A DNA stretch of 64,000 nucleotides from Acidobacteriota bacterium (GTDB lineage Bacteria > Acidobacteriota > UBA890 > WLXD01), in the NCBI GenBank assembly GCA_965205505.1, contig CBDBHB010000008.1:352001-416000 (forward strand). Reading direction: 5' to 3'. Shown piece after piece: positions 55,124-64,000 of this stretch. Both the position numbers and the translations under genes were made by a program. Numbering within the stretch: the first letter of the stretch is position 1; every line of letters begins with the position of its first letter. The notes beneath the pieces were generated by a model that did no database searches, had not been told where the DNA came from, and was given only the letters and a program-made list of their open reading frames with translations.

Positions 55124-55242
55124 CGACTCAAGACCGATAGTCGTCGGGCCACCAGGCACGCGCCTGGTGGCCCGACTTGCGTGCCCCGCATCGCGAACGA
55201 CCATTGCGTGAAGTACGGTGAGTTCGAGCAAGGGAGGACACC

Positions 55243-55545
55243 GTGGGGGTCGAGCTCGAGCTGTACGTTCTTCTGTTGATTCTTCTCGTCGGCACATCGG
55301 TATTCGCGGTCTTCGAGGTGGAAACTGCTCGATGGCGGAAGGTGCTGAAATGGCTCATCCTCAGCGCCGGAACGATCGGGCTGTACTACGCGGTGGGCCA
55401 TCTCGCGCTGATTTTTCCTCTGACTCTCATGACAGTCGGCACCATCGTCCACTTCTCGTGGTGCCGCCGGCATGGCATCCACCCGATCCACGCGACGCCC
55501 CGCCGTAAGTACTACGAGCTTCGTGGGTGGCCGTGGCCGGAGTAG
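55243..55545 (+). CDS. Small membrane protein
   Basis: GGAGG RBS; 3 TM segments; HFSWCRRHGIHP...YYELRGW. Confidence 0.7.
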   Translation: MGVELELYVLLLILLVGTSVFAVFEVETARWRKVLKWLILSAGTIGLYYAVGHLALIFPLTLMTVGTIVHFSWCRRHGIHPIHATPRRKYYELRGWPWPE

Positions 55546-55718
55546 CTAGCCGACGCAGCGCACCGCGATCCTGACCACGCAACTCGCCGGACCCCTATTC
55601 CTCCAGCACGTCATGCTCCGGACCGTCATCAGCGAGCGACTCATCAGCGAAACCGTCACCCAGCTCGTCTGCCGATTGCGCGACAGCGGCTGATTTCGCA
55701 CCATCAAGAGGGAACGAC

Positions 55719-56477
55719 ATGGATTTCACCGACAAGCAGGTTTTGGTTACGGGCAGCAGTCGGGGTATCGGCTTCAGTATTGCGAAAGCCTTCGTCGCCG
55801 CTGGCGCGCGGGTCGCCATCAACGGCAGAACAAGCCAATCCGTGAGCGCCGCCATGGAGAGACTGGGCGATGGTGCGCGCCTGGTCGCAGCGCCCGGCGA
55901 TATTGGAACCGTTCCCGGCTGCGAGTCGGTGGTGAAGACGGCGAACGACGCCTTCGGTGGCCTCGATATTTTGGTAAACAGCGCCGGTGTCGGTTCCGGT
56001 AGACCCATCGAGGATTGCGACGAGGCTATGTGGGACGATCACGTCGACGTCAACCTGAAGGGCACATTCTTCTGCTGCCGTGCGGCATTATCGGAATTGC
56101 GCAAGTCCAACGGCAATATCGTCAACATCGCCTCGGACGCCGGCCTGATGGGGGTGCCAGGGATCGTCGTGTACTGCGCGTCAAAGGCCGGGGTCGTCAA
56201 CATGACCCGCGCCATGGCGTTGGAGATCGCGCCCGACGTACGGGTGAATTGCGTATGCCCGGGTTATGTCGATACCGACATGATTCGGCGCGACCATATT
56301 GAGAAGAAAGACGACCCAGCCGCCGCGGAGCAGAGGATGATCGACTATGCGCCGATGAAGCGCATCGCGACGCCAGCCGAGATCAGCCAGGGGGTCCTCT
56401 ATCTGGCCTCATCCGAGGCACGTTTCGTTACTGGTGCGGCGTTGCCGATCGATGGTGGGGCGACTGCTGGCCGTTGA
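55719..56477 (+). CDS. SDR family oxidoreductase
   Basis: TGSSRGIG, NSAG, YCASK. Confidence 0.93.
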   Translation: MDFTDKQVLVTGSSRGIGFSIAKAFVAAGARVAINGRTSQSVSAAMERLGDGARLVAAPGDIGTVPGCESVVKTANDAFGGLDILVNSAGVGSGRPIEDCDEAMWDDHVDVNLKGTFFCCRAALSELRKSNGNIVNIASDAGLMGVPGIVVYCASKAGVVNMTRAMALEIAPDVRVNCVCPGYVDTDMIRRDHIEKKDDPAAAEQRMIDYAPMKRIATPAEISQGVLYLASSEARFVTGAALPIDGGATAGR

Positions 56478-56616
56478 GTTTGCGTCTGCCCTTGGCCAAC
56501 GAGCTCGGGCTCGGCCGCAACAACTCTGGCATTATTCGTCGCGCGAGGGTCGCCCATCTCGCCGCCCTTCCCAAGAAACCGCTCACCTCAAACCGCTGTA
56601 CTTGCCCGGAGTCCCC

Positions 56617-59600
56617 ATGCGTTTCCCTGGAGCCCTCGTCGCACTGCTATCGACCATCGTGCTCATCGCGTCTGTTTCCGCCCTGGGAGCAGCGCCCCAG
56701 GCCGCTGCGGATGCGAACACCATCGTCGATCCGGCCCTCTATCAATCGCTGCGCTTCCGCTTCCTGGGCCCCTATCGGGGTGGGCGATCCGGCGCCGTCA
56801 TGGGCGTTCCCGGCGAGCCGCACACCTTCTACCTGGGCGCCTCGGGCGGGCTCTATAAGACCACCAACGCCGGCGAGACCTGGAACGTCATCTCCGACGA
56901 GCACTTCGAGGTGAGCACCATCGGCGCCATCGCGGTGGCGCCGTCGGACACCAACGTCGTCTACGTGGGCACGGGTCAGAAGACCATCCGCAGCAACGTG
57001 TCGATCGGCAAGGGTATGTACCGCTCCACCGACGCCGGCCGCAGCTGGACCCACATCGGACTGCGCGATGCCGGACAGATCGGGCGCATCCGGGTACACC
57101 CGGACGATCCGGACCTGGTCTACGTGGCGGTGATCGGCAACCCGTTCGGGCGCAGCGAGACACGCGGGGTATTCCGCTCGCGCGACGGCGGTGACAACTG
57201 GGAGAAGGTCCTCTACTTCGACGATGACACCGGTTCGAGCGAGCTGGAGCTCGACCTGTCGAACCCGCGCAACCTGTACGCCACCGCCTGGACCGTCGAG
57301 CGCAAGCCGTGGACGATCATCTCGGGCGGCGACGACGACGGCATCTACAAGAGCACCGATGGCGGCGACACCTGGAAGCGGCTCGCCGGTGGGCTCCCCG
57401 AGACCACGATGGGCAAGATCGGGCTGACGCTGTCGGCGTCGAACCCCGACAAGCTCTATGCGCTGGTTGAGACCGACCCCGAGGTGTCGGGACTCTATAT
57501 CTCCGATGACGCCGGCGAGACCTGGCGGCTGCAGGAGACCAACGTCGGCCGCAACCTGTACGAGCGCTCCTGGTACTACACCCACATCTTCGTTGATCCG
57601 CAGAATGAGAACCTCGTCTACGCGTTGGCCGTGGGCTTGTTCAAATCCACCGACGGTGGGCGCACGTGGGAGCGCCGCAGTGCCCCGCACGGGGACTTTC
57701 ACGATCTGTGGATCAACCCGAACGACTCCGACATCCTGGCCATCGCTGACGACGGTGGGGTGCAGGTGACGCTCGATCAGATGAACACCTGGACGACGTA
57801 TCTGAACCAGCCGACCGCGGAGATCTACAACATCTTCGTCGACAACCTGTTCCCCTATCACGTGTACGGATCGCAGCAGGACAACTCCACCATCCGACTC
57901 CCGAGCCAGTTCCAGGGCGCCCTGACGCCCTACGGTTACTGGCGCAGCGTGGGCGGCTGCGAGTCGGCGCACATCGGCTTCGACCCCGACAACCCGGTGG
58001 AGATCTACGCCGGCTGCTACTCGGGCGAGATCAGCCGGGTGAACCTGGTGACCGGCGACCGGCAGGCGATCATGGTGTACCCGCAGATGGAGTTCGGGCT
58101 GCCGGCCTCCGACCTGAAGTTCCGCTTCAACTGGAACGCGCCCATCCGCATGTCGCCGTATGACCAGTCGGTCGTCTACCACAGCGCCCAGCGTGTCGTG
58201 CGGACACGCGACGGCGGCCACAGCTGGGAGGTGATCAGCCCCGACCTGACGACGAACGACCCCGAGACGCAGATTCGTTCCGGGGCGCCGATCACGTACG
58301 AGGACACCGGCGGCGAGGTCTACAACACGATCTTCGCGTTCGAAGAGTCGTTCTACGAGAAGGACCTGCTGTGGGTGGGCACCGACGACGGCAAGGTGTG
58401 GGTGTCGCGCGACGCAGGTGGCAACTGGAGCGACATCACGCCACCGGGCATGCCGGCACGCGGCACGGTCAACAACATCGAGCTGTCGGCGCATGATCCG
58501 GGGCGCATCTTCGTGCCGGTGAAAGCGTTCATGCTCGACAACTGGGAGCCTTACATCTTCGCCACCAGCAACTACGGCGCCAGCTGGACGCGGCTCACCA
58601 CGGGAGACAACGGCATCCCGGCCGACACACCGGTGCGCATCGTGCGCGAGGACCCCGAGGTGCGCGGGCTGCTCTACGCCGGCACCGAGTTCGGCCTCTA
58701 CGTGTCGTTCGACGACGGGACCCACTGGCAGAAGATGCAGCTGAACCTGCCGCCGATCCCGATCACCGACATGCGCGTGCACCGCAACGACCTGGTGATC
58801 TCCACCCAGGGGCGCGGCATTTACGTCCTCGACGACATCACACCGCTGCGCCAGGCGCGCCAGGCGCATGCAGCGATCGTCGACGGCTCCGCACCGGCCC
58901 ACCTCTTCCCTCCCCGCGAAACGGTGCAGGCGTTCACCAGCGGTCGCTCGGGGCCGGAGGCGCGGAGCGGCGAGAATCCGCCGGCCGGGGTGCAGATCTT
59001 CTACGCGCTGCAGGCCGACGCTGCTGCGGCGGCTGAGGACGACGACGACGCGGGCGCAGCAGATCAGGACGACGCGCTGACGCTCGAGATCTTCGGGCCC
59101 AATGGCGATCTCGTGCACACCTTCCACAGCCACCGCGATCCCGAGTCCAACCCCCGGGACATCGACTTCGCCTCACGTGGCCAGATCCGATTGACCGCCG
59201 ACACAGGCATGAACCGCTTCCTGTGGAACACGCGCTACCCGCCCATCGACCGGCCCGACGGCATGGTGATCTACGGTCTGACCCACGGCCCGCGCACCAT
59301 CCCGGGCGAGCACCGTGTGCGGCTGTCGATCGGAGATTGGAGCCAGGAGGCAACGTTCCAGATCGTCGGCGATCCGCGCCTCGACACGCCGCAGGCGCAT
59401 CACGATGAGCGGCTGGAGATGGAGCTGCGCATGCGCGACGACCTGCAGGCGGTCTTCGGCGCGATTCGCACCCTGTCGTCGGTGCGCGATCAGATCGGCA
59501 ACCGTCTCGACAGCATGCGCGCGGCTGGAATCGATCTTTCCGAGATCGAACCGGCGGCAAAGTCGATCACCGAGCACCTCGGCGAGCTCGAACTGCTGCT

Positions 59601-59868
59601 GTGGAACCCGAAAATCGAAGGCTACAACGACATCCACCACTTCGTCGCCGGCTACGACACCAAGGTGGCGTACCTGTACGACAAGGTGGACTCATCGGAT
59701 CACCGCCCCACCACTGGGCAGCGCCTGCGCTACGAGGAGCTACACGCCGAGCTCGAGAAGCTGTTCGCTCAGCTAGAGGAGTTCTATGCCTCCGACGTCG
59801 CGGCGCTCGGCCAGATGATGCGGGACTCCGGGGCGATGCCGGTGCAAGTACCAAAGCAGGATAGCTGA
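56617..59868 (+). CDS. Exported VPS10/BNR-repeat (sialidase-like beta-propeller) protein
   Basis: GPYRGGRS; many SxDGGxTW Asp-box repeats. Confidence 0.92.
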   Translation: MRFPGALVALLSTIVLIASVSALGAAPQAAADANTIVDPALYQSLRFRFLGPYRGGRSGAVMGVPGEPHTFYLGASGGLYKTTNAGETWNVISDEHFEVSTIGAIAVAPSDTNVVYVGTGQKTIRSNVSIGKGMYRSTDAGRSWTHIGLRDAGQIGRIRVHPDDPDLVYVAVIGNPFGRSETRGVFRSRDGGDNWEKVLYFDDDTGSSELELDLSNPRNLYATAWTVERKPWTIISGGDDDGIYKSTDGGDTWKRLAGGLPETTMGKIGLTLSASNPDKLYALVETDPEVSGLYISDDAGETWRLQETNVGRNLYERSWYYTHIFVDPQNENLVYALAVGLFKSTDGGRTWERRSAPHGDFHDLWINPNDSDILAIADDGGVQVTLDQMNTWTTYLNQPTAEIYNIFVDNLFPYHVYGSQQDNSTIRLPSQFQGALTPYGYWRSVGGCESAHIGFDPDNPVEIYAGCYSGEISRVNLVTGDRQAIMVYPQMEFGLPASDLKFRFNWNAPIRMSPYDQSVVYHSAQRVVRTRDGGHSWEVISPDLTTNDPETQIRSGAPITYEDTGGEVYNTIFAFEESFYEKDLLWVGTDDGKVWVSRDAGGNWSDITPPGMPARGTVNNIELSAHDPGRIFVPVKAFMLDNWEPYIFATSNYGASWTRLTTGDNGIPADTPVRIVREDPEVRGLLYAGTEFGLYVSFDDGTHWQKMQLNLPPIPITDMRVHRNDLVISTQGRGIYVLDDITPLRQARQAHAAIVDGSAPAHLFPPRETVQAFTSGRSGPEARSGENPPAGVQIFYALQADAAAAAEDDDDAGAADQDDALTLEIFGPNGDLVHTFHSHRDPESNPRDIDFASRGQIRLTADTGMNRFLWNTRYPPIDRPDGMVIYGLTHGPRTIPGEHRVRLSIGDWSQEATFQIVGDPRLDTPQAHHDERLEMELRMRDDLQAVFGAIRTLSSVRDQIGNRLDSMRAAGIDLSEIEPAAKSITEHLGELELLLWNPKIEGYNDIHHFVAGYDTKVAYLYDKVDSSDHRPTTGQRLRYEELHAELEKLFAQLEEFYASDVAALGQMMRDSGAMPVQVPKQDS

Positions 59869-60033
59869 GGGCCGTCAGCGCGCTCGCATTCTCCCTCATC
59901 CGCGACTGAATCACAGGTGCACTGCTCTAGCATGCCTGGAGGGCGCAAAGTGGATCCGCAAGATCGAGTTTTCTGCAGAGGATCGTCCCGGTTTCTGGGA
60001 GGTGCGCGGTTACTCCAATACCGCTGAGCCTTG

Positions 60034-60079
60034 GCTGAACGACCGCTATATGAGCTGAACGACCTCTACGTGAGCTGAG
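60034..60079. repeat. Imperfect 20-bp tandem repeat, about 2.3 copies
   Basis: GCTGAACGACCGCTATATGA / GCTGAACGACCTCTACGTGA / GCTGAG. Confidence 0.7.
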
Positions 60080-60140
60080 TCCGCGCGGCGCTCAGTCTGA
60101 CCCACAGGTCGAGCTCAACTGGTTCGACGAGCTGAAGCGC

Positions 60141-60173
60141 CTAGCAGGCCGTGGTGAAAGTGTGGCCTGCTAG
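60141..60173. repeat. Collapsed CTAG-bounded MITE-like element
   Basis: CTAGCAGGCCGTGGTGAAAGTGTGGCCTGCTAG; right CTAG is the amidohydrolase stop. Confidence 0.8.
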
Positions 60174-61450
60174 CGATCGTCCCGGTACACAACACCGCGC
60201 TTCATGACGAAACTTACCGACTTGAGCACCTCGATCCGATCGAGTGGGTTAGCTGGCGTGGCGATCAGATCCGCCGTCATACCGGGGGCGATCCCGGCGT
60301 GGCTCGCCTCGATGCCGAGGAGGCGGGCGCCGTTGATCGTCAAGGCGCGGAGAATGTCTGCGGCCGGCACATCGGCGGCGGTCCAGGCGTCGAGGTTCTC
60401 GATCGCCGCGGTGCCGTGGGTGTGGCTCGGCGTCTTCATGTAAATGTCGGATCCGAAGGCCATCGTAACGCCGACAACATGGGCACGCCGCAGGCGATCG
60501 ATCACCTGGGCATAGAGATCGACGTCGGGATCGTCGCCGAAACCCTCCCAGGCCTTCATGACGGGTTGCGCCAGATCGGTGCCCACGAGCACTACACCCT
60601 CGTCGCGAGCCCAGCTGAGCGTCTCGTCGCTCATCTCGAAGCCGTGCTCGATCGACGCCACCCCCGCCTCGATCGCGTTGCGCGCTCCCATCTCGGTGTA
60701 GCTGTGCGCCGCCACCCGCACGCCCGCGGCGGCGGCTTCCGCGATGGCAAAGCGGATGTCCTCGACCGAGTAGAGGTAGCGCTGGTCGTCGACAACGATC
60801 TTGATCCAGTCGGCTCCGTAGTGGAGGTTCTGGCGAATCGCCTTGCGCAGCTCGTCCCGAGTGTCGGCATAGATGTAGTCCTGTAGGCCGAGGTCGGGGA
60901 ACTCGGGAGCGACGACGAACTGTCCTCCGAACCCGGCGATGATCTTGCCGGAAATGAACATCGTCGGGCCATCGACCAGACCAGCGTCGATGGCCGCCTT
61001 GAGCGCCGAGTCGCCATAGTTGCCCGAGTTGCCCAGGTCGCGGACGGTGGTGAAACCAGCTTGCAGCATCGACTCGGCGTTGGCGGCTCCCTCCAGAACG
61101 CGGTACGCAGTGGGCACGTCGAGGGTGTACGCCTTCAGCGACGTCACCGTCGTATCGACCGCCGAGCACAGGTGAGTGTGCGAATCGATCAGCCCGGGAA
61201 GCAGCGTCATACCCGACAGGTCGATCACCGTCGCGCCTTCGGGAATCGCGACGTTGGCGCCGACGGCCGTAATCGTCGAGCCCGACACGACAACCACCTG
61301 ATCGACGCTCACCGTGCCGCTGGCCGGATCGACAATTCGTGCGGCGCGGATGGCCGTCACCTGAGGATGCGCCAGCGCGGCGGGCACGCACGCGAGCAGG
61401 ATACCGACGGTGATACCGATGGCTCTACGCAAGCTTGTGTTCTTCATCAT
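60170..61450 (-). CDS. Exported amidohydrolase (Xaa-Pro dipeptidase-like, metal-dependent)
   Basis: PGLIDSHTH, GFTTVRDLG, WIKI, AAHS, SIEHG, FGSD. Confidence 0.9.
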   Translation of the reverse strand: MMKNTSLRRAIGITVGILLACVPAALAHPQVTAIRAARIVDPASGTVSVDQVVVVSGSTITAVGANVAIPEGATVIDLSGMTLLPGLIDSHTHLCSAVDTTVTSLKAYTLDVPTAYRVLEGAANAESMLQAGFTTVRDLGNSGNYGDSALKAAIDAGLVDGPTMFISGKIIAGFGGQFVVAPEFPDLGLQDYIYADTRDELRKAIRQNLHYGADWIKIVVDDQRYLYSVEDIRFAIAEAAAAGVRVAAHSYTEMGARNAIEAGVASIEHGFEMSDETLSWARDEGVVLVGTDLAQPVMKAWEGFGDDPDVDLYAQVIDRLRRAHVVGVTMAFGSDIYMKTPSHTHGTAAIENLDAWTAADVPAADILRALTINGARLLGIEASHAGIAPGMTADLIATPANPLDRIEVLKSVSFVMKRGVVYRDDR

Positions 61451-61572
61451 CTCGCGAACCTGTTCCGGTTTCTCCGCCACGCGCGTTGGCTGCCTCAGCC
61501 ACAGAAAGGGCCGCGGCGCTGGCTGCGGCCCACGCCGCCGGGATCATCTACCGGGATCTGAAGCCGGAGAGT

Positions 61573-62838
61573 CTACGGCCTTGGCGAGGATCTCTCTGAT
61601 TGGCTTGCTGGAATATGGGACGGGATGATCGGTTCGTCGCGCTTCACGCGATAGCGGAACCATCCTTCCATCATCTCGTCGCGCGAGTCCTGACCATAGA
61701 CAACCTTTAGGCTCGGGTTCGGGTTCCGGGGATTATTCTCGGAGTTGTCGAAATGGGCAGTAACCCGAAGCTTTGTTCCCTTCGTTAGCGGCACAGGCTC
61801 CGCCAAGTAGTAGCTTAGCTGCCAGTTGAAATCGTAGTTCGGAACCGACAACAGGATCTCTTCCCGGCCGTCTGGATAGATCACCTCGTACATCATGTCT
61901 TTACCGCGATAGTGCATGTGGGGCTCGAAGCTTAGCAGCTCGGCGTCGACGTCGAACTCCATTTCGGCGACGCTTTCATAATTCGGCTCGTACGGTGGGA
62001 TCTCGATCTTCCGATCTCTGACAAGGCCGTCGCGAAGCACGTCGGTGATCGGATATCGTGCCAGCCAGACACCGACCTGGGCGCGATCGAATTCTTCCTG
62101 GCCGCTCGGGTGGTAGTGCATATCGAACTGTAACGTCGATCCGGCCGGGATCACCTTGCCCGCGCCTTGCGGGAGAATGTGCGGGTGAAGTCCGGGGATT
62201 ATGTTGCCGACGTAGGTGGGGCTGCCGTCCGGACGTACCGCACTCACACTGCCGTGGTGAATCACCCGGGGATTGCCTCGCATCTCCACCGCCCTGGCCC
62301 AGATGTCCTCTGCGAGGTTTGCAGGCGCCGTGATGTGAGGGAATTGGTCCGGGCCACCCGCTGGAATGCGATACGGCTCTTCCATCTCGAAGATGTAGTC
62401 AGGCGGCCCAAGCTCGGCGCTGAGGGCCCAGCCCTCGACGAAGGCCGGCGACGTGAATTCGCCCTCTCCCCGGGGAGCCCCCGCTGAGACCCACTCTACG
62501 ATCGTTCCGACCTGCTCGCTGGTCAGGCGGCGATCATTGGCAAACCGACCGTAGCGCGGATCTGCCTTCCACGGCGGCATGATCCGCTCGCGAACAACTT
62601 GTCTGATCGACTTGGCCCAGGGGCGTACTTCCTCATAGCTCAACAGGGACATGGGAGCAACTTCCCCCGGTCGGTGGCAGCTCATGCAGCTGTCCGCCAG
62701 TAGGGGGCCGACGTCGCGCGTCCACGTCGGCACGCTCGTATCCTCGGTGCTTGATTGGCCGAGGCTGGCTCGACCGAGAGTCGCCACACCAACCGTCGCC
62801 ACCAACGTCGCCACTGTTCCAACGAGGACCTTCCGCAT
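61573..62838 (-). CDS. Exported cytochrome c / copper type II monooxygenase-like fusion
   Basis: CMSCH heme motif; VIHH, MHYH, PHMH, DEMM in PHM-like order. Confidence 0.75.
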   Translation of the reverse strand: MRKVLVGTVATLVATVGVATLGRASLGQSSTEDTSVPTWTRDVGPLLADSCMSCHRPGEVAPMSLLSYEEVRPWAKSIRQVVRERIMPPWKADPRYGRFANDRRLTSEQVGTIVEWVSAGAPRGEGEFTSPAFVEGWALSAELGPPDYIFEMEEPYRIPAGGPDQFPHITAPANLAEDIWARAVEMRGNPRVIHHGSVSAVRPDGSPTYVGNIIPGLHPHILPQGAGKVIPAGSTLQFDMHYHPSGQEEFDRAQVGVWLARYPITDVLRDGLVRDRKIEIPPYEPNYESVAEMEFDVDAELLSFEPHMHYRGKDMMYEVIYPDGREEILLSVPNYDFNWQLSYYLAEPVPLTKGTKLRVTAHFDNSENNPRNPNPSLKVVYGQDSRDEMMEGWFRYRVKRDEPIIPSHIPASQSERSSPRP

Positions 62839-62896
62839 CGTGCTCTTCCCTCTGTTTCATGGCACGCCGTACCGTTCTCCAACTAACGGTCTGGGC

Positions 62897-63640
62897 TCAG
62901 CCTTCATCATCCTCCGGCGGTACCAGCTCGATCGTGTCGATCTCGATCTTCTCTCCCCTCCAGGTGCCCGCCACCCGCACCCTTTGGCCGGCGTAGCCCA
63001 GCAGTTCCTCTTCGAACTCCGCCGTATTGGTGAACTCGATGGCGATCCCGCCAAGTCGTGAGATCAGCGCCAGGTCCTCCGCCGAGTGCACGCGTTCCCT
63101 CACCCAGGCGGCTGGGTCTTCGGCGTCCTCCGGCGGAGCGAGCTCCGTGCGGTGGCCGACCACGCCAGGGTGGTCTGTGTAGAACTCCTCAGGCTCACCG
63201 ACATAGAGAAGGCCCGTGTCCTGCCTGTTCCCTACAATCTCGAACTCGCCCAAAGGGCTCACGACGGTGCCCGTGACCCGATCGCCGTCGAGGCTGAGCG
63301 TGTACTCGTAGGCCCCGAACTCGACAAACATCGTGCCATCCTCCAAGCGGAAGTCATCGACTCCGACCAGGCTGTCGGCCACCGAGGTCATCTGGGCGCG
63401 CAACTCCCCGTCGGCTCCCTCCACTTTCAGAACGACCGTCTTGCCCGCACCCGAGGAGGGTGCCGCGGCGGGCATCATCTGACCCCCGAGGCGCCGCCCT
63501 GGGACTTCACTCGACTTCAGGTTCCAGGTGCCAACGGGGTCCGGCTCTGATTCCATCGAGGCTGTGCAGGCCGCCAAGACGATGATGGCCAGCCCGGCAA
63601 ACACGCGGGGTCGCACGCCGCTTCGCAATGCTGTCCCCAT
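62897..63640 (-). CDS. Hypothetical lipoprotein
   Basis: GGAGG RBS; LAAC lipobox; acidic beta-rich body. Confidence 0.7.
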   Translation of the reverse strand: MGTALRSGVRPRVFAGLAIIVLAACTASMESEPDPVGTWNLKSSEVPGRRLGGQMMPAAAPSSGAGKTVVLKVEGADGELRAQMTSVADSLVGVDDFRLEDGTMFVEFGAYEYTLSLDGDRVTGTVVSPLGEFEIVGNRQDTGLLYVGEPEEFYTDHPGVVGHRTELAPPEDAEDPAAWVRERVHSAEDLALISRLGGIAIEFTNTAEFEEELLGYAGQRVRVAGTWRGEKIEIDTIELVPPEDDEG

Positions 63641-64000
63641 CAGATCCTCCCGGACACAAGCCTACGGTCTGCCCCCGAACAGGCGGGCGGCGTCAGGCGC
63701 AATCAGCACCGTGCTGGCGAGAAAGCCGCCGCCCACTGCGGCTGCGAGGGGCGCCTACGGGGGACTCGTCCTAACGATCATCGATGTCCTCCTTCCGCCG
63801 GCCGAGTGTTGCTCCCGCCGGCTAGTGTATCCGCCACGCTCCATCGGAAATAGGGCGCACGCCCCCGCGGGTGGATCGACAAGGTGAACGACCGGCACGA
63901 ATCCACGCTCTGGTTGATGAACGCCGCCGGCACGCCGGCCCCGTACTTGGAAGTGTTGGGTAAGGGCGACAAGACTGCGCACGGTCCCGCTCGAAGGTAA

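Noticed and set aside
56647-59133. 828-aa antisense ORF, and similar long shadow ORFs such as 27130-28545, 17028-18296 and 9495-10580
   Set aside because: They lie opposite well-supported genes, are typical of high-GC codon bias, and contain no motifs.

Overview
High-GC (roughly two-thirds by eye) bacterial chromosomal window. The gene mix suggests Acidobacteriota or a similar environmental lineage, which is inference only. From left to right it holds: a secreted flavin amine oxidase next to an initiator tRNA-Met; a ~15 kb uncharacterised cluster (2.7-18 kb) with three B12-binding radical SAM enzymes, two SAM methyltransferases, 3-4 GT4 glycosyltransferases, a NUDIX hydrolase, a pol-beta-like nucleotidyltransferase, a metallo-deaminase and an O-antigen-ligase/TPR protein, several of them damaged by frameshifts or deletions; housekeeping genes (yceI, UvrD helicase, hemW, cis-prenyltransferase, ino1); an accessory island (28.5-32.7 kb) encoding an exported 24-aa CX3C-X9-CX3C peptide, a beta-propeller lipoprotein and a TlpA-like CxxC protein split by an IS3 element; core metabolic and transport genes (copD, NhaC-like, M28/M14 peptidases, ligA, pncB, citrate synthase, HtrA, VPS10-like); an IS110/IS1111 element whose downstream non-coding region has a visible target-matching (bridge/seek RNA-like) loop; and a dispersed family of CTAG-terminated MITE-like repeats. 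The best candidates for new biology are the hairpinin-like peptide locus and the triple B12-radical-SAM/glycosylation cluster. All calls come from motif recognition by eye; no searches were run.
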